A DNA stretch of 64,000 nt, from IMG/VR virus record IMGVR_UViG_3300009081_000009, positions 1-64,000 of that record; one strand, written 5' to 3'. How positions within the stretch are numbered: the first letter of the stretch is position 1; each line of letters begins with the position of its first letter. Shown one piece after another: positions 9,753 to 18,371 of this stretch. The notes beneath the pieces were generated by a model. That model was not told where the DNA came from. It ran no database searches and saw only the letters and a list, made by a program, of their open reading frames with translations. The position numbers and the translations under genes were made by a program. Source of the DNA: a virus.

Positions 9753-11390
9753 TTACTGATTAGCTTCCTCGGCTTCACTGTCTTCGGTTTTTATCTGCTC
9801 TTTAATTTCAACAATTTCAGAATCGGATAATTTAAGACCCTTGCGAAGAGCATATGCAATAGATATAACACCACCGGGATTGTCATCCGTCTTAACATGT
9901 TGCATATATCCATCAAATGCTTCTAAATTCATTTTGGTGACTTCGGCATCAATATAATTCTGGAATGCATTCGCTTTATTAAATTTAATTCCAAAATTTT
10001 CTTGTAATTTAATGTCATCTGATATATCATTTTTGGTATTTAATACCATTACAAACAATCGAGTTAATAATATTTCCAGTGACATCTGATATCGTTGCAC
10101 CATTCTAGCAAACGCAACTTCTGCTACAGTAACCTCACCTATTTTACCACTCGTATAGTTTTCGCCATCACCTGCAAGCGCAGTAACACGTCCCGGTGGA
10201 ACCTTCATAGCATTTACTAGGTTTCGTTTAAAGTATTTTAAATCTTCTATATTTCCGATATTATCACCACCCTTCAATCTATCAATTGAAGAACCAGCAC
10301 TCTGACTTGATGTAGATATAAAGAAATGCTCACTTAAACCGACTACACGACCATTATTAGTAATCTCACCTGTCGATGTATTATAATCAACTTTACGAGA
10401 GAACAGTTTAGCCTGATCTTTCATAAATTTTTCGGCTTTTGGTTTTGGCATCATACCAGTATCTATCTTAAATACTAATTTCTCACTACCCCATTGTATA
10501 CGATACATTGTAATAGAATCTTCGATTGTATTTAATTGATTGAATGGTTTGACAGCAGCTTCAAGTGGAGATCTAGGATCATTGATACCACCGGGGCCAT
10601 ACATACCTAAATCAGCATATAATATCTGATTAGGAGAGAAATCAATATAATTTTTACCAGCAGATTTAGAATTAACTGTATAAGTTCCTTCTAACATCTG
10701 TCTATATGATATCACAAGGTTATCTTGAACAACTAATATCATATTCTGCGCAGGAAGAAGATTTACACCGACGATTTCGTTTTTCTTCTCACTATACACT
10801 ACTTCTAGAAAAATTCTACCTTCGATTAACAAGGTACGCATCATCTGCCATCCCTCTTTATCGAAATTAAGTATGCGTTTTAAAACTTCTCGTCTAAAGG
10901 TTTTATGTAATTTTACCTGAACAGCATGACCAATTTCAGCATCAGCATCTACTTTAAGAGAACATATCTCACCCAAGTCATCTTTATAAATACCCTCATC
11001 ACATATTTGATCTAATGCTTCTGATACCTCAGATCTACCAGCAACACGATAATATTTAAGAATGCGTTCTTTATTCTTTTTCCAGTATAAATGTACTTGA
11101 TTTTCGGCAATTACATCTTGTGCTCGTACTGGATCTACGTTTGGTGAATATACACCAAGAGATGGTGAGAATGCACTAAAGCCATCCGGTGATAACCCAT
11201 TAGGATATGTTAATTGCTTTTTACCCTGTCCAACGACATTTCTGGATACATCCAGCTCTCGCTCAACTTCATCTCGGTTGAAAATACGATCAAATACTGG
11301 GCCTTTCTGGTTAGCTAATCCATAGTCTCTAGCACGAGACAGAATTCGGGTTGCAAGTGTATCTTGCTCTTTTCTTGGTTCTATTAACAT
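9753..11390 (-). CDS. gp20: Portal vertex protein (T4 gp20 family)
   Basis: YYRVAGRSEVSEALDQI, EGRIF, NQLNTIEDSITMYRI, FKIDTGMMPKPKAE, IEDLKYF, MKVP motifs. Confidence 0.95.
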   Translation of the reverse strand: MLIEPRKEQDTLATRILSRARDYGLANQKGPVFDRIFNRDEVERELDVSRNVVGQGKKQLTYPNGLSPDGFSAFSPSLGVYSPNVDPVRAQDVIAENQVHLYWKKNKERILKYYRVAGRSEVSEALDQICDEGIYKDDLGEICSLKVDADAEIGHAVQVKLHKTFRREVLKRILNFDKEGWQMMRTLLIEGRIFLEVVYSEKKNEIVGVNLLPAQNMILVVQDNLVISYRQMLEGTYTVNSKSAGKNYIDFSPNQILYADLGMYGPGGINDPRSPLEAAVKPFNQLNTIEDSITMYRIQWGSEKLVFKIDTGMMPKPKAEKFMKDQAKLFSRKVDYNTSTGEITNNGRVVGLSEHFFISTSSQSAGSSIDRLKGGDNIGNIEDLKYFKRNLVNAMKVPPGRVTALAGDGENYTSGKIGEVTVAEVAFARMVQRYQMSLEILLTRLFVMVLNTKNDISDDIKLQENFGIKFNKANAFQNYIDAEVTKMNLEAFDGYMQHVKTDDNPGGVISIAYALRKGLKLSDSEIVEIKEQIKTEDSEAEEANQ

Positions 11391-11470
11391 ATTAATTAGT
11401 CCTTAACTCAAATATAAAATAGGTTATTTATATATTGTATACGTCAAGTTTATAATTAATTATATTATTT

Positions 11471-11710
11471 TCAATCCTCGTTAGGTATTGATTTATTCTT
11501 GAATGATCTAAGGTCTATAATAACACCTTCATAACATATACCGAAATCATTAGTTCTTGATTTTTTATAGTATGCATGAAGTTCACTTCTAGTTATATTT
11601 TTACTGAATATTCTATGTCCATTCTGCAATGATTCATAAAACATATAAAAATCATTAAATCCCACATTAAATATAGGAATTCCATTATATGTAAAATCCC
11701 CATTCTTCAT
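11471..11710 (-). CDS. Hypothetical protein
   Basis: 79-aa ORF coupled (TAATG) to upstream gene. Confidence 0.55.
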   Translation of the reverse strand: MKNGDFTYNGIPIFNVGFNDFYMFYESLQNGHRIFSKNITRSELHAYYKKSRTNDFGICYEGVIIDLRSFKNKSIPNED

Positions 11711-12474
11711 TAATTACTAACTCCTGCTAATCGTTTCCAATTATGATTCTGACTTTCTATTCTATCTTTACTTGTACTGAGAATATTGCCATCCACCACA
11801 ATTTTAGCTAATTTAACTACAAGTTGAATGCCTTCTTTACTTATTCTATCATACTCGACTAACTTATTTTTATCACAAAAATCTTTTATTTCGTTATATG
11901 TTCCAATAGATCGTACATTAAATGTAGTCTCAACCGATGCTAATATATTACCATCAAATTCCACCTCATTCGGTAGTCTATCAAGTCGGATTGCATAAAT
12001 TAAATAAGTACCTACGGTCAATGCTTTAGATAGATGATCGCAATAATTCATCTCATCTCCATTGAGTTCTACATACGAATCATCGCCATGATATAAATTT
12101 TCAGGTAAATAGCTTTTATCATGAACCGTACTTATAATCTTATCAAATGAATCCTTTACTTTATGTAAATTAGTACCACTCTTCATATTTATAATGAATA
12201 ATGGATCTATAAATTTCGTATACTCAAAATTAGATAATAATATTTTTAATTCATTGGTTCCTATTCTACTCTTCACTAACATCATAAATTGATCAAGCAT
12301 AGTAAATGCCCATTTATCATTTTTATCTGGTTCTGCTATTTTATTTCCTAATGAATCAATTATATCTGCATTACATGCATCAGTTTCAGATACATCTTCA
12401 AACAAACGTTTCATTAAATATACGAACGCTTTATTATCATATTCACTTTTAGTTTTTTTATATTGTTCAGCCAT
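11710..12474 (-). CDS. Late hypothetical protein, resembles a conserved T4-like head-region protein
   Basis: N-terminal YLMKRL...ADIIDSLGNKI pattern; TATAAACT at 12491-12498. Confidence 0.5.
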   Translation of the reverse strand: MAEQYKKTKSEYDNKAFVYLMKRLFEDVSETDACNADIIDSLGNKIAEPDKNDKWAFTMLDQFMMLVKSRIGTNELKILLSNFEYTKFIDPLFIINMKSGTNLHKVKDSFDKIISTVHDKSYLPENLYHGDDSYVELNGDEMNYCDHLSKALTVGTYLIYAIRLDRLPNEVEFDGNILASVETTFNVRSIGTYNEIKDFCDKNKLVEYDRISKEGIQLVVKLAKIVVDGNILSTSKDRIESQNHNWKRLAGVSN

Positions 12475-12507
12475 TATATTACCTTACAGTAGTTTATACA
12501 ATCCGAT

Positions 12508-14739
12508 TTATGCTTGATCACTCTTACCAGACGCATTATTAACTGCATCATTATGATCTTTTAATATTGGATTTGTCCATGTACTCGATTTCTTTAAATT
12601 TGTATTCAACATAACAAAGGATACAGTAGGAGGTGCATTATTCTTGAATGATGCATTTGCAAATCCTGTAGGAGCCTTCTCATTTTGCCATACTTCAATG
12701 TGGTATGCTGGATCACTTCCCGGCCCTTTTGGACTTGGCCCTAAGAACGCCTTTAATATTCCATCAGCCTTTGCTTGAAGTAATACAGTTCTGAGACTTT
12801 CGCTCTTATTCGTAGGTGATAATCGTGATGGACTTATATCAACAGCTTGTATAATAGTAGGATCTGCTGAATGTTTAGATATAGATTGAGGAGGTGATTT
12901 TTTAATAGCCTCTATCATATCACCCTTTACTTTACTTATCTGTGATGGATCTGTAAATGGTTCATTACTTTTTAAACCATATGTTGATTTAGCTTCATCA
13001 TATATAGCAACAATAGCTTTACCAGCAGGTGCATATGATACTCGTTTATTACTTTGTAAATTATTAAACATAGTAGCAGCCTGTACATCAGCAGGACGAT
13101 ATAAGCTAGTAACAATTACCTCAGTAACACCAGCCGATCCACATAATGATTTAATTACATTTGCAGTTAATTCACTTAATTGTTCTGATTTTACCCCTGA
13201 TCCGAATTTTATTGTGACTGAACCCTCTTCTGGTGTTGCCAATGCTCCACTATCAGCAGTACCACCAGCAACACCTTCATTTGGATATCTTAATATTGTA
13301 GCACCCATGATTTTATCAAAATTTCTATTTTTTAATTCAGATTGACCATGAAATACATCTAACTTGGATATAGAAGCACCGTATTCAACTGAAGGTTTTC
13401 CTAATCCTTTATATATAAGATTTGCCTCGGATACTCTTCGTTTACGCATTCTTATATCAGTTTCCGTTGAATTTGTACTGTATGTTAGTCGTAGTAAAAT
13501 ATCAGCTATCCATGTAAAATACTGATTAGCAATTGTACTATTCTTAGGAAGTCCTTTTGATGCCACCATTGGGCCAGTCGTTGTTACAGTAACTGCCTTT
13601 CCTGTTGAATCTATTGTTTGATCAAACCCAGAAATACCATACATATTGACACTATATTGATAACCAGTTAAATAATAAATACCCATAGTAACACAATAAC
13701 TAATAAATCCAGCCTCAGAACTCTTACTAGGATCGATTGATAATCCATTAGTCCATAAAAAACTACACACAGCAGTTTTTACATATTCTGGACATGAATT
13801 ATGTGTTAATGCACCCCAATGAGAATGTGCCCAATTTTGTCTATTATTAATCACATCCCATAAAGTTGATTGCACGTACTTAAAAAATGAGGCTTGTATC
13901 TGAGCATCAGTAATAGTGAATCCGCTATATTTACTATCAGCAGCAATCTGATTTTCATTCATAGTGGCTGCTGCTTTTACAATAGCGAATTGTTCCGCTG
14001 TCAATCCACCCTTAACATCACCTAGAGGTGTTAAATTTTTATCTACTGTATTAACAGCAAATACATTTTTTATAAATAAGTCTCGTCGAGCACCACCTTG
14101 ATCTAATACTATATTAGCACCCAATCTAGTTTTACCATCTCCTGTAAAATAAAACTTGTTACTCTTTATATTCTCTTGTTGATATAAAAAATCCCAATTT
14201 GGTTGAAAAAATCCTGCTTTGAATGTATTTGCGATACTAACAGGCAATCCATCCAATCCGATTGCTATAGGTGGAATTAAATCAGCATTAAATGGACTAG
14301 ATCCCATAACTGATGTGGTCTGTGCTTCTGCCATTTGTCTTGATGCATTAATTCCTTGTAATGGCGCAAGTGGCCCTTGACCTATAGCAGACAATCCTGC
14401 TCCTACTGCATTTAATTGAGCTGCATTTGCACTTCCTCTTATATCTAATGTATCAACTATAGCTTGCATATCATTAGTAATAATGCCATTATCACCATCC
14501 GCTAAAAAATATGAAAACATATCAGCAATTGCAGTTGATAATTGACTCATACGTGTTTGATTTTCAACAGGAACTTGCTCCCGTTGCTCTTTAGTAAGAC
14601 CATTATTTTGGTCATTTACGTCATAAAAACCATAACTATTTAATATTGAATAAAATTTACCCTCACGACCCTTTGCTGAATCGTAAGTTCGAGTAATGGC
14701 TGTACCCATTCTACCGGAATAATGTGAATTTGTTGGCAT
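12508..14739 (-). CDS. Virion-associated peptidoglycan hydrolase (lysozyme-like region plus C-terminal M15-type peptidase)
   Basis: RKRRVSEANL resembles the GH24 C-terminal motif; TSLYR...SKH....AVDIS...YHIE matches the M15 Zn-ligand layout. Confidence 0.6.
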   Translation of the reverse strand: MPTNSHYSGRMGTAITRTYDSAKGREGKFYSILNSYGFYDVNDQNNGLTKEQREQVPVENQTRMSQLSTAIADMFSYFLADGDNGIITNDMQAIVDTLDIRGSANAAQLNAVGAGLSAIGQGPLAPLQGINASRQMAEAQTTSVMGSSPFNADLIPPIAIGLDGLPVSIANTFKAGFFQPNWDFLYQQENIKSNKFYFTGDGKTRLGANIVLDQGGARRDLFIKNVFAVNTVDKNLTPLGDVKGGLTAEQFAIVKAAATMNENQIAADSKYSGFTITDAQIQASFFKYVQSTLWDVINNRQNWAHSHWGALTHNSCPEYVKTAVCSFLWTNGLSIDPSKSSEAGFISYCVTMGIYYLTGYQYSVNMYGISGFDQTIDSTGKAVTVTTTGPMVASKGLPKNSTIANQYFTWIADILLRLTYSTNSTETDIRMRKRRVSEANLIYKGLGKPSVEYGASISKLDVFHGQSELKNRNFDKIMGATILRYPNEGVAGGTADSGALATPEEGSVTIKFGSGVKSEQLSELTANVIKSLCGSAGVTEVIVTSLYRPADVQAATMFNNLQSNKRVSYAPAGKAIVAIYDEAKSTYGLKSNEPFTDPSQISKVKGDMIEAIKKSPPQSISKHSADPTIIQAVDISPSRLSPTNKSESLRTVLLQAKADGILKAFLGPSPKGPGSDPAYHIEVWQNEKAPTGFANASFKNNAPPTVSFVMLNTNLKKSSTWTNPILKDHNDAVNNASGKSDQA

Positions 14740-14844
14740 AGAGCTAAAATACCTTATTTATAAACATTTAACATGCTATTATTAAATATGTTTATCATAT
14801 TACTGGTTATTTTTATATAAAAAATTAAAATAAAAATGGAATTT

Positions 14845-14852
14845 TATAAACT
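14845..14852 (+). promoter_or_regulatory. Putative late promoter TATAAACT (representative copy)
   Basis: Same octamer upstream of many structural genes on both strands; analogous to T4 TATAAATA. Confidence 0.75.
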
Positions 14853-14891
14853 ATTTGAAAACACTGTAACAGGTTTAACGAGGAACTTCAA

Positions 14892-16271
14892 ATGAAGACC
14901 AATAAAAAAGAAAATACAACTATGTCTGCTCTTCAATTCATGAGAGAATTCGAGAACACCCAAAAAATCATGGAATCTATTGCGGATAATACCGTAGTTC
15001 AGCAGAAAGCTCTTATGGAAGCTGCATTTGCTGGCGAAGATTATACCGATGATGAAGGTGTGTTTGATATGAATTCTATGCTTGATGTTGATGTAAGCGA
15101 TAAACCAGAAAATCAACCACGCTATTATAATTCACCAGTAGATCCTCTATCAGACTCTGATAAAGCTCTTATTGTAGATGAATTTGCTAAGAAATTAGCT
15201 ACAATGCAAAATGATATCATTGACTTCTCCGAAGTTGGCCCAATTGCCACTGTTATTCAGAATCAATTCGGATTCAAACAGGATGTCGAAAAATTCCTAC
15301 AAGATACAATTCAGAAAACTTCCGATTGGATGCGCAACCAGAACAATACTCAAGCTAACACCAATGGTGTTGCTGAGCAGACTGATGGTGGCCCTGCCGA
15401 TTTGAAGCCAGAAACCACTAGTGGCCCAGAAGGTACTGAAGGTGGAATCGATGGAATGGGAGAAATGGGAGTCGAAGGAATTCCTGCAATGACCGAAGTT
15501 CCTGCAATAACTGATACAGTCGCTGATGCGTCTGCTATCGTTCCACCAGAACCAGCTATGGGTGACATGGTTCCTCCAATGGGTGATGATCAAGGAATTG
15601 AAGGTGCTGAGATGCCTCCTATGGGTGGTGAAGATATGCCTCCAATGGGTGATGATCAAGGAATTGAAGGTGTTGAAGGCGGTGAAGGTGAAGAGATTCC
15701 TCCTATGGGTGATGAAGCTCCAGCTATTCCAGATGAAACCGATGAAGCAACCGAAACACCAGCAGAAGAAACCGCTGAACATGCTACTGGAGAAGAAGCA
15801 CCAGACGAAGCTCCAGAAACCGAGAAACCAGAAGCAAAGGAAGAACCAGAAACTGATGATGATGATGATGATGAAGATGATAAACTTCTAGAATCTATCA
15901 GAAGTGATTATAAGAATGCATCTGTAAAAACTCAACTAGAATCAGTTAAACAAACTTTAATTGACAACACACCTAGTATTGATGCAGTTAAAGCTCAATT
16001 AGAATCTATTTCTTCTAATTTCCATGCAACTGAAAATGCAAAATTGGAAGCCGTAAAACAGGAACGTTATGTTACTGCTCGTTTAGAATCAATTGCATCG
16101 AATTTCAAAAATGCAGAGAAAGCAAAATTAGAAGCAATCGAACATGCAAAAACTGTTGACGCTAGATTACAACAACTACTTGAATCACATCAAGCAAAGT
16201 CAGTTGATGGAAAATCTAATTTAACTGCTAGATTAGAAGCTAAAGATAAAATTGAAAAGTTATCTAAGTAA
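14892..16271 (+). CDS. Acidic late protein, probable prohead core/internal protein
   Basis: Asp/Glu-rich, PPMGDDQGIEG repeats, repeated (L/M)E(S/A) sites; late promoter and AGGA SD. Confidence 0.55.
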   Translation: MKTNKKENTTMSALQFMREFENTQKIMESIADNTVVQQKALMEAAFAGEDYTDDEGVFDMNSMLDVDVSDKPENQPRYYNSPVDPLSDSDKALIVDEFAKKLATMQNDIIDFSEVGPIATVIQNQFGFKQDVEKFLQDTIQKTSDWMRNQNNTQANTNGVAEQTDGGPADLKPETTSGPEGTEGGIDGMGEMGVEGIPAMTEVPAITDTVADASAIVPPEPAMGDMVPPMGDDQGIEGAEMPPMGGEDMPPMGDDQGIEGVEGGEGEEIPPMGDEAPAIPDETDEATETPAEETAEHATGEEAPDEAPETEKPEAKEEPETDDDDDDEDDKLLESIRSDYKNASVKTQLESVKQTLIDNTPSIDAVKAQLESISSNFHATENAKLEAVKQERYVTARLESIASNFKNAEKAKLEAIEHAKTVDARLQQLLESHQAKSVDGKSNLTARLEAKDKIEKLSK

Positions 16272-16290
16272 TTAATTCAATGATATATAC

Positions 16291-16320
16291 AAAGGCGAGA
16301 GAAATCTCGCCTTTTTATTT
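16291..16320. terminator. Bidirectional intrinsic terminator
   Basis: AAAGGCGAGA-gaaa-TCTCGCCTTT followed by a T-run. Confidence 0.85.
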
Positions 16321-16977
16321 TATACGCATCGATTCAGTTTTTATTAAATGCTGAATTCCACTACTAGCGTTTAAGTTAACATAAGATGGATCTGTGACAT
16401 TCAATGATATCCATCTATCAGCCATAGCATAAAAACTATCACGTGTACCAATTATATCAGTTAATGCATCATGTAAGTTTCCACTTGGTTTTATATCAAG
16501 TGCTTCCATTATAGTACCTAATTTAACATTTGGTACATTTAATTTACCTGATTTTTTTAAAGGACGTGTCATATCCATCAAATCATATGATATCTTGGTA
16601 CTAAAATAATATTCCAAATCCACTTCGTTAGCGTTTTTATGTTTTTGCCAAAATGATGATAAAAATCTCTTATCAAATGGAACATTCTGTCCAGCAAATA
16701 TAAATCTAGGTTGACCCTTTACAACATGCGAATCTAATATATTTTTTAATCCAATGAATGCTTCTCTGGGAGGTGGAAATGTTTTCAATTCCTCTACGGT
16801 CTTTCCAGTCACTTTTAACGCATCTTTACTAATGGCCCAAAAATTAACAGGAGAACATATAAAATTAAAAGACTCTAATATTTCGCGATTTTCAGTGACT
16901 AATCCAGCAATCTGAATTATATCCTGACGCTTATCGTCGAATCCTGTTGTTTCGGTATCAATAAATATTACTTTCAT
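16315..16977 (-). CDS. DEDDh 3'-5' exonuclease (DnaQ/epsilon-like)
   Basis: FIDTETTG, GQNVPFD, HDALTD motifs. Confidence 0.9.
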   Translation of the reverse strand: MKVIFIDTETTGFDDKRQDIIQIAGLVTENREILESFNFICSPVNFWAISKDALKVTGKTVEELKTFPPPREAFIGLKNILDSHVVKGQPRFIFAGQNVPFDKRFLSSFWQKHKNANEVDLEYYFSTKISYDLMDMTRPLKKSGKLNVPNVKLGTIMEALDIKPSGNLHDALTDIIGTRDSFYAMADRWISLNVTDPSYVNLNASSGIQHLIKTESMRIK

Positions 16978-17073
16978 AAAATAAATATAGCATTATTTAA
17001 ACCATTGGACTAAAAAATTATGTAATAATCTATATTAATTACATCAAAGGATGTTGAGTAACATCCGTTTATT

Positions 17074-17427
17074 ATGAAGGTATATATGTATTTAGATTAC
17101 GAAAAGAAAGAAATTATAACCAGAATATTCACAAGTCCTGATATAGCTATAATTAAAATAAATAATAAATCAAAACCAAAAACTTGGGGACAAGCTAAAT
17201 ACTGGTTTGACAAAGCATCAAATAATTTAAATCTAGATCCTGATTACTATAAAACAATCGGTTGGGATGAATGGAATGATTTCATGGAAGGTGATAGACC
17301 AGATGATGAAATCTGGCTATTTAAGTTAGAACCAAATAACAACTTCGTTCCATATTCAGAAGGATTCTTCCGTGTCAGAAATGATGAACCAGTTAATTAT
17401 CTGAATCTAAGTGAAATTGATAATTGA
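17074..17427 (+). CDS. Hypothetical protein
   Basis: 117-aa ORF whose stop overlaps the 3' end of the convergent tRNA-Gln. Confidence 0.55.
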   Translation: MKVYMYLDYEKKEIITRIFTSPDIAIIKINNKSKPKTWGQAKYWFDKASNNLNLDPDYYKTIGWDEWNDFMEGDRPDDEIWLFKLEPNNNFVPYSEGFFRVRNDEPVNYLNLSEIDN

Positions 17428-17494
17428 CCTAGCTGGGATCGAACCAGCGTACTTCGGGTCAGAGCCGAATGCACTACCTCTATGCTATAGGTCA
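17424..17494 (-). tRNA. tRNA-Gln(CTG)
   Basis: Cloverleaf TGACCTA...TTCGG-CTCTGAC-CCGAA...GCTGG-TTCGATC-CCAGC-TAGGTCA; U1-A72; CCA not encoded. Confidence 0.92.
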
Positions 17495-17502
17495 TCATTA
17501 TA

Positions 17503-17585
17503 TTGTCCATGTAGGAGTCGAACCTACAGTATCCTTTCGGATGCCAGATTCAAAATCTGGTGAGCTACCATTACTCTAATGGACA
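17503..17585 (-). tRNA. tRNA-Gln(TTG) with atypical long variable arm
   Basis: CCAGA-TTTTGAA-TCTGG anticodon arm; variable arm ATCC-GAAA-GGAT; U1-A72. Confidence 0.88.
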
Positions 17586-17590
17586 TCATA

Positions 17591-17663
17591 TTGTCCGTGC
17601 TGGACTCGAACCAGCATCCTTGTGCTTCAAAGGCACCTGCTCCACCAATTGAGCTAACGGACA
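17591..17663 (-). tRNA. tRNA-Gln(TTG)
   Basis: TGTCCGT acceptor, GTGC-CTTTGAA-GCAC anticodon arm, GCTGG-TTCGAGT-CCAGC T arm. Confidence 0.92.
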
Positions 17664-17669
17664 TCAAAT

Positions 17670-17759
17670 TTATTTATCACATTTAGAACACTTAATTTCA
17701 TTATTATAAGTGAAATATAATAATGAACCACATCTATCACACATCTTTACATAATACAT
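17670..17759 (-). CDS. 29-aa C4 zinc-ribbon microprotein MYYVKMCDRCGSLLYFTYNNEIKCSKCDK
   Basis: Strong SD GAGGTG; CxxC-x13-CxxC; fills the gap between terminator T3 and the first tRNA-Gln. Confidence 0.7.
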   Translation of the reverse strand: MYYVKMCDRCGSLLYFTYNNEIKCSKCDK

Positions 17760-17776
17760 ATACACCTCTATATACG

Positions 17777-17804
17777 AAAAGAACTCTTGCTTCTGCAAGA
17801 GTCC
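17777..17804 (-). terminator. Attenuator terminator T3 upstream of the tRNA-Gln block
   Basis: GGACTCTTGC-AGAA-GCAAGAGTTC-TTTT. Confidence 0.8.
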
Positions 17805-17827
17805 CTAATTTATTTGACATAGCAACA

Positions 17828-17890
17828 TCAATCAGGTGGTCTAGCAGAGCTATCCATTACTTGTTGTTGCTGTTGTTGATTTGTCTTCAT
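17828..17890 (-). CDS. Leader peptide L3 MKTNQQQQQQVMDSSARPPD (Gln sensor)
   Basis: Six consecutive Gln codons (CAA CAA CAG CAA CAA CAA); ATG at the predicted +1 of a consensus promoter; followed by T3 and three tRNA-Gln. Confidence 0.85.
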   Translation of the reverse strand: MKTNQQQQQQVMDSSARPPD

Positions 17891-17896
17891 ATTACT

Positions 17897-17925
17897 AATA
17901 TAGTTCTTTTTTAGTGTTTTGTCAA
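17897..17925 (-). promoter_or_regulatory. Sigma70-type promoter driving leaderless L3
   Basis: TTGACA-N17-TATATT, with ATG 6 nt after the -10 box. Confidence 0.85.
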
Positions 17926-17945
17926 TACTTTTTTATATTTTTTAG

Positions 17946-18017
17946 TGATCCCACAGGAAATCGAATCCTGCTCCACGGATTAAAAGTCCGTTGCTTAACC
18001 TTCCAAGCTCTGAGATC
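17946..18017 (-). tRNA. tRNA-Lys(TTT), divergent (G8, 4-nt variable loop)
   Basis: ACGGA-CTTTTAA-TCCGT anticodon arm; CAGGA-TTCGATT-TCCTG T arm. Confidence 0.85.
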
Positions 18018-18023
18018 ATATAG

Positions 18024-18095
18024 TGGTTCCACAGGGATTCGAACCCTGTTCCATCGGTTAAGAGCCGATTGCATCTCCTATTATGCTTTGGAACC
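18024..18095 (-). tRNA. tRNA-Lys(CTT) (A8, 4-nt variable loop)
   Basis: ATCGG-CTCTTAA-CCGAT; GGTTCCA/TGGAACC acceptor. Confidence 0.88.
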
Positions 18096-18099
18096 TTAG

Positions 18100-18174
18100 T
18101 GGAACTGGTGGGACTTGAACCCACGACCCATCGCTTAAAAGGCGATTGCTCTAAACCAACTGAGCTACAATTCC
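18100..18174 (-). tRNA. tRNA-Lys(TTT)
   Basis: ATCGC-CTTTTAA-GCGAT; canonical D and T arms. Confidence 0.95.
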
Positions 18175-18177
18175 ATA

Positions 18178-18249
18178 TGGGTGTGGAGAGATTTGAACTC
18201 TCGACTCGCTGATTAAAAGTCAGCTACTCTACCACTGAGTTACACACCC
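18178..18249 (-). tRNA. tRNA-Lys(TTT)
   Basis: GCTGA-CTTTTAA-TCAGC; GGGTGTG/CACACCC acceptor. Confidence 0.95.
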
Positions 18250-18250
18250 T

Positions 18251-18287
18251 AAAAAATAAAAAACCTCACAACAACTGTTGCGAGGTT
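18251..18287 (-). terminator. Attenuator terminator T2 upstream of the tRNA-Lys block
   Basis: AACCTCGCAAC-AGTT-GTTGTGAGGTT-TTTTATTTTTT; 5' arm also complementary to GCGAGGTT in leader L2. Confidence 0.9.
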
Positions 18288-18311
18288 CAGTGAAAATCAT
18301 ATAATATGATG

Positions 18312-18371
18312 TTACACAACAACCTCGCTTGGTTGCTTTTTCTGTTTATTTTGTTTACTAATCATCTGCAT
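18312..18371 (-). CDS. Leader peptide L2 MQMISKQNKQKKQPSEVVV (Lys/Gln sensor)
   Basis: AGGA SD; 4 Lys and 3 Gln codons within KQNKQKKQ; 3' end carries the antiterminator strand GCGAGGTT. Confidence 0.85.
   Translation of the reverse strand: MQMISKQNKQKKQPSEVVV

Noticed and set aside
15297-15891. Long overlapping ORFs within acidic genes (also 25566-26060, 35906-36409, 48568-49005, 60694-61134)
   Set aside because: Antisense or shifted-frame artefacts of biased codon usage in the real genes.
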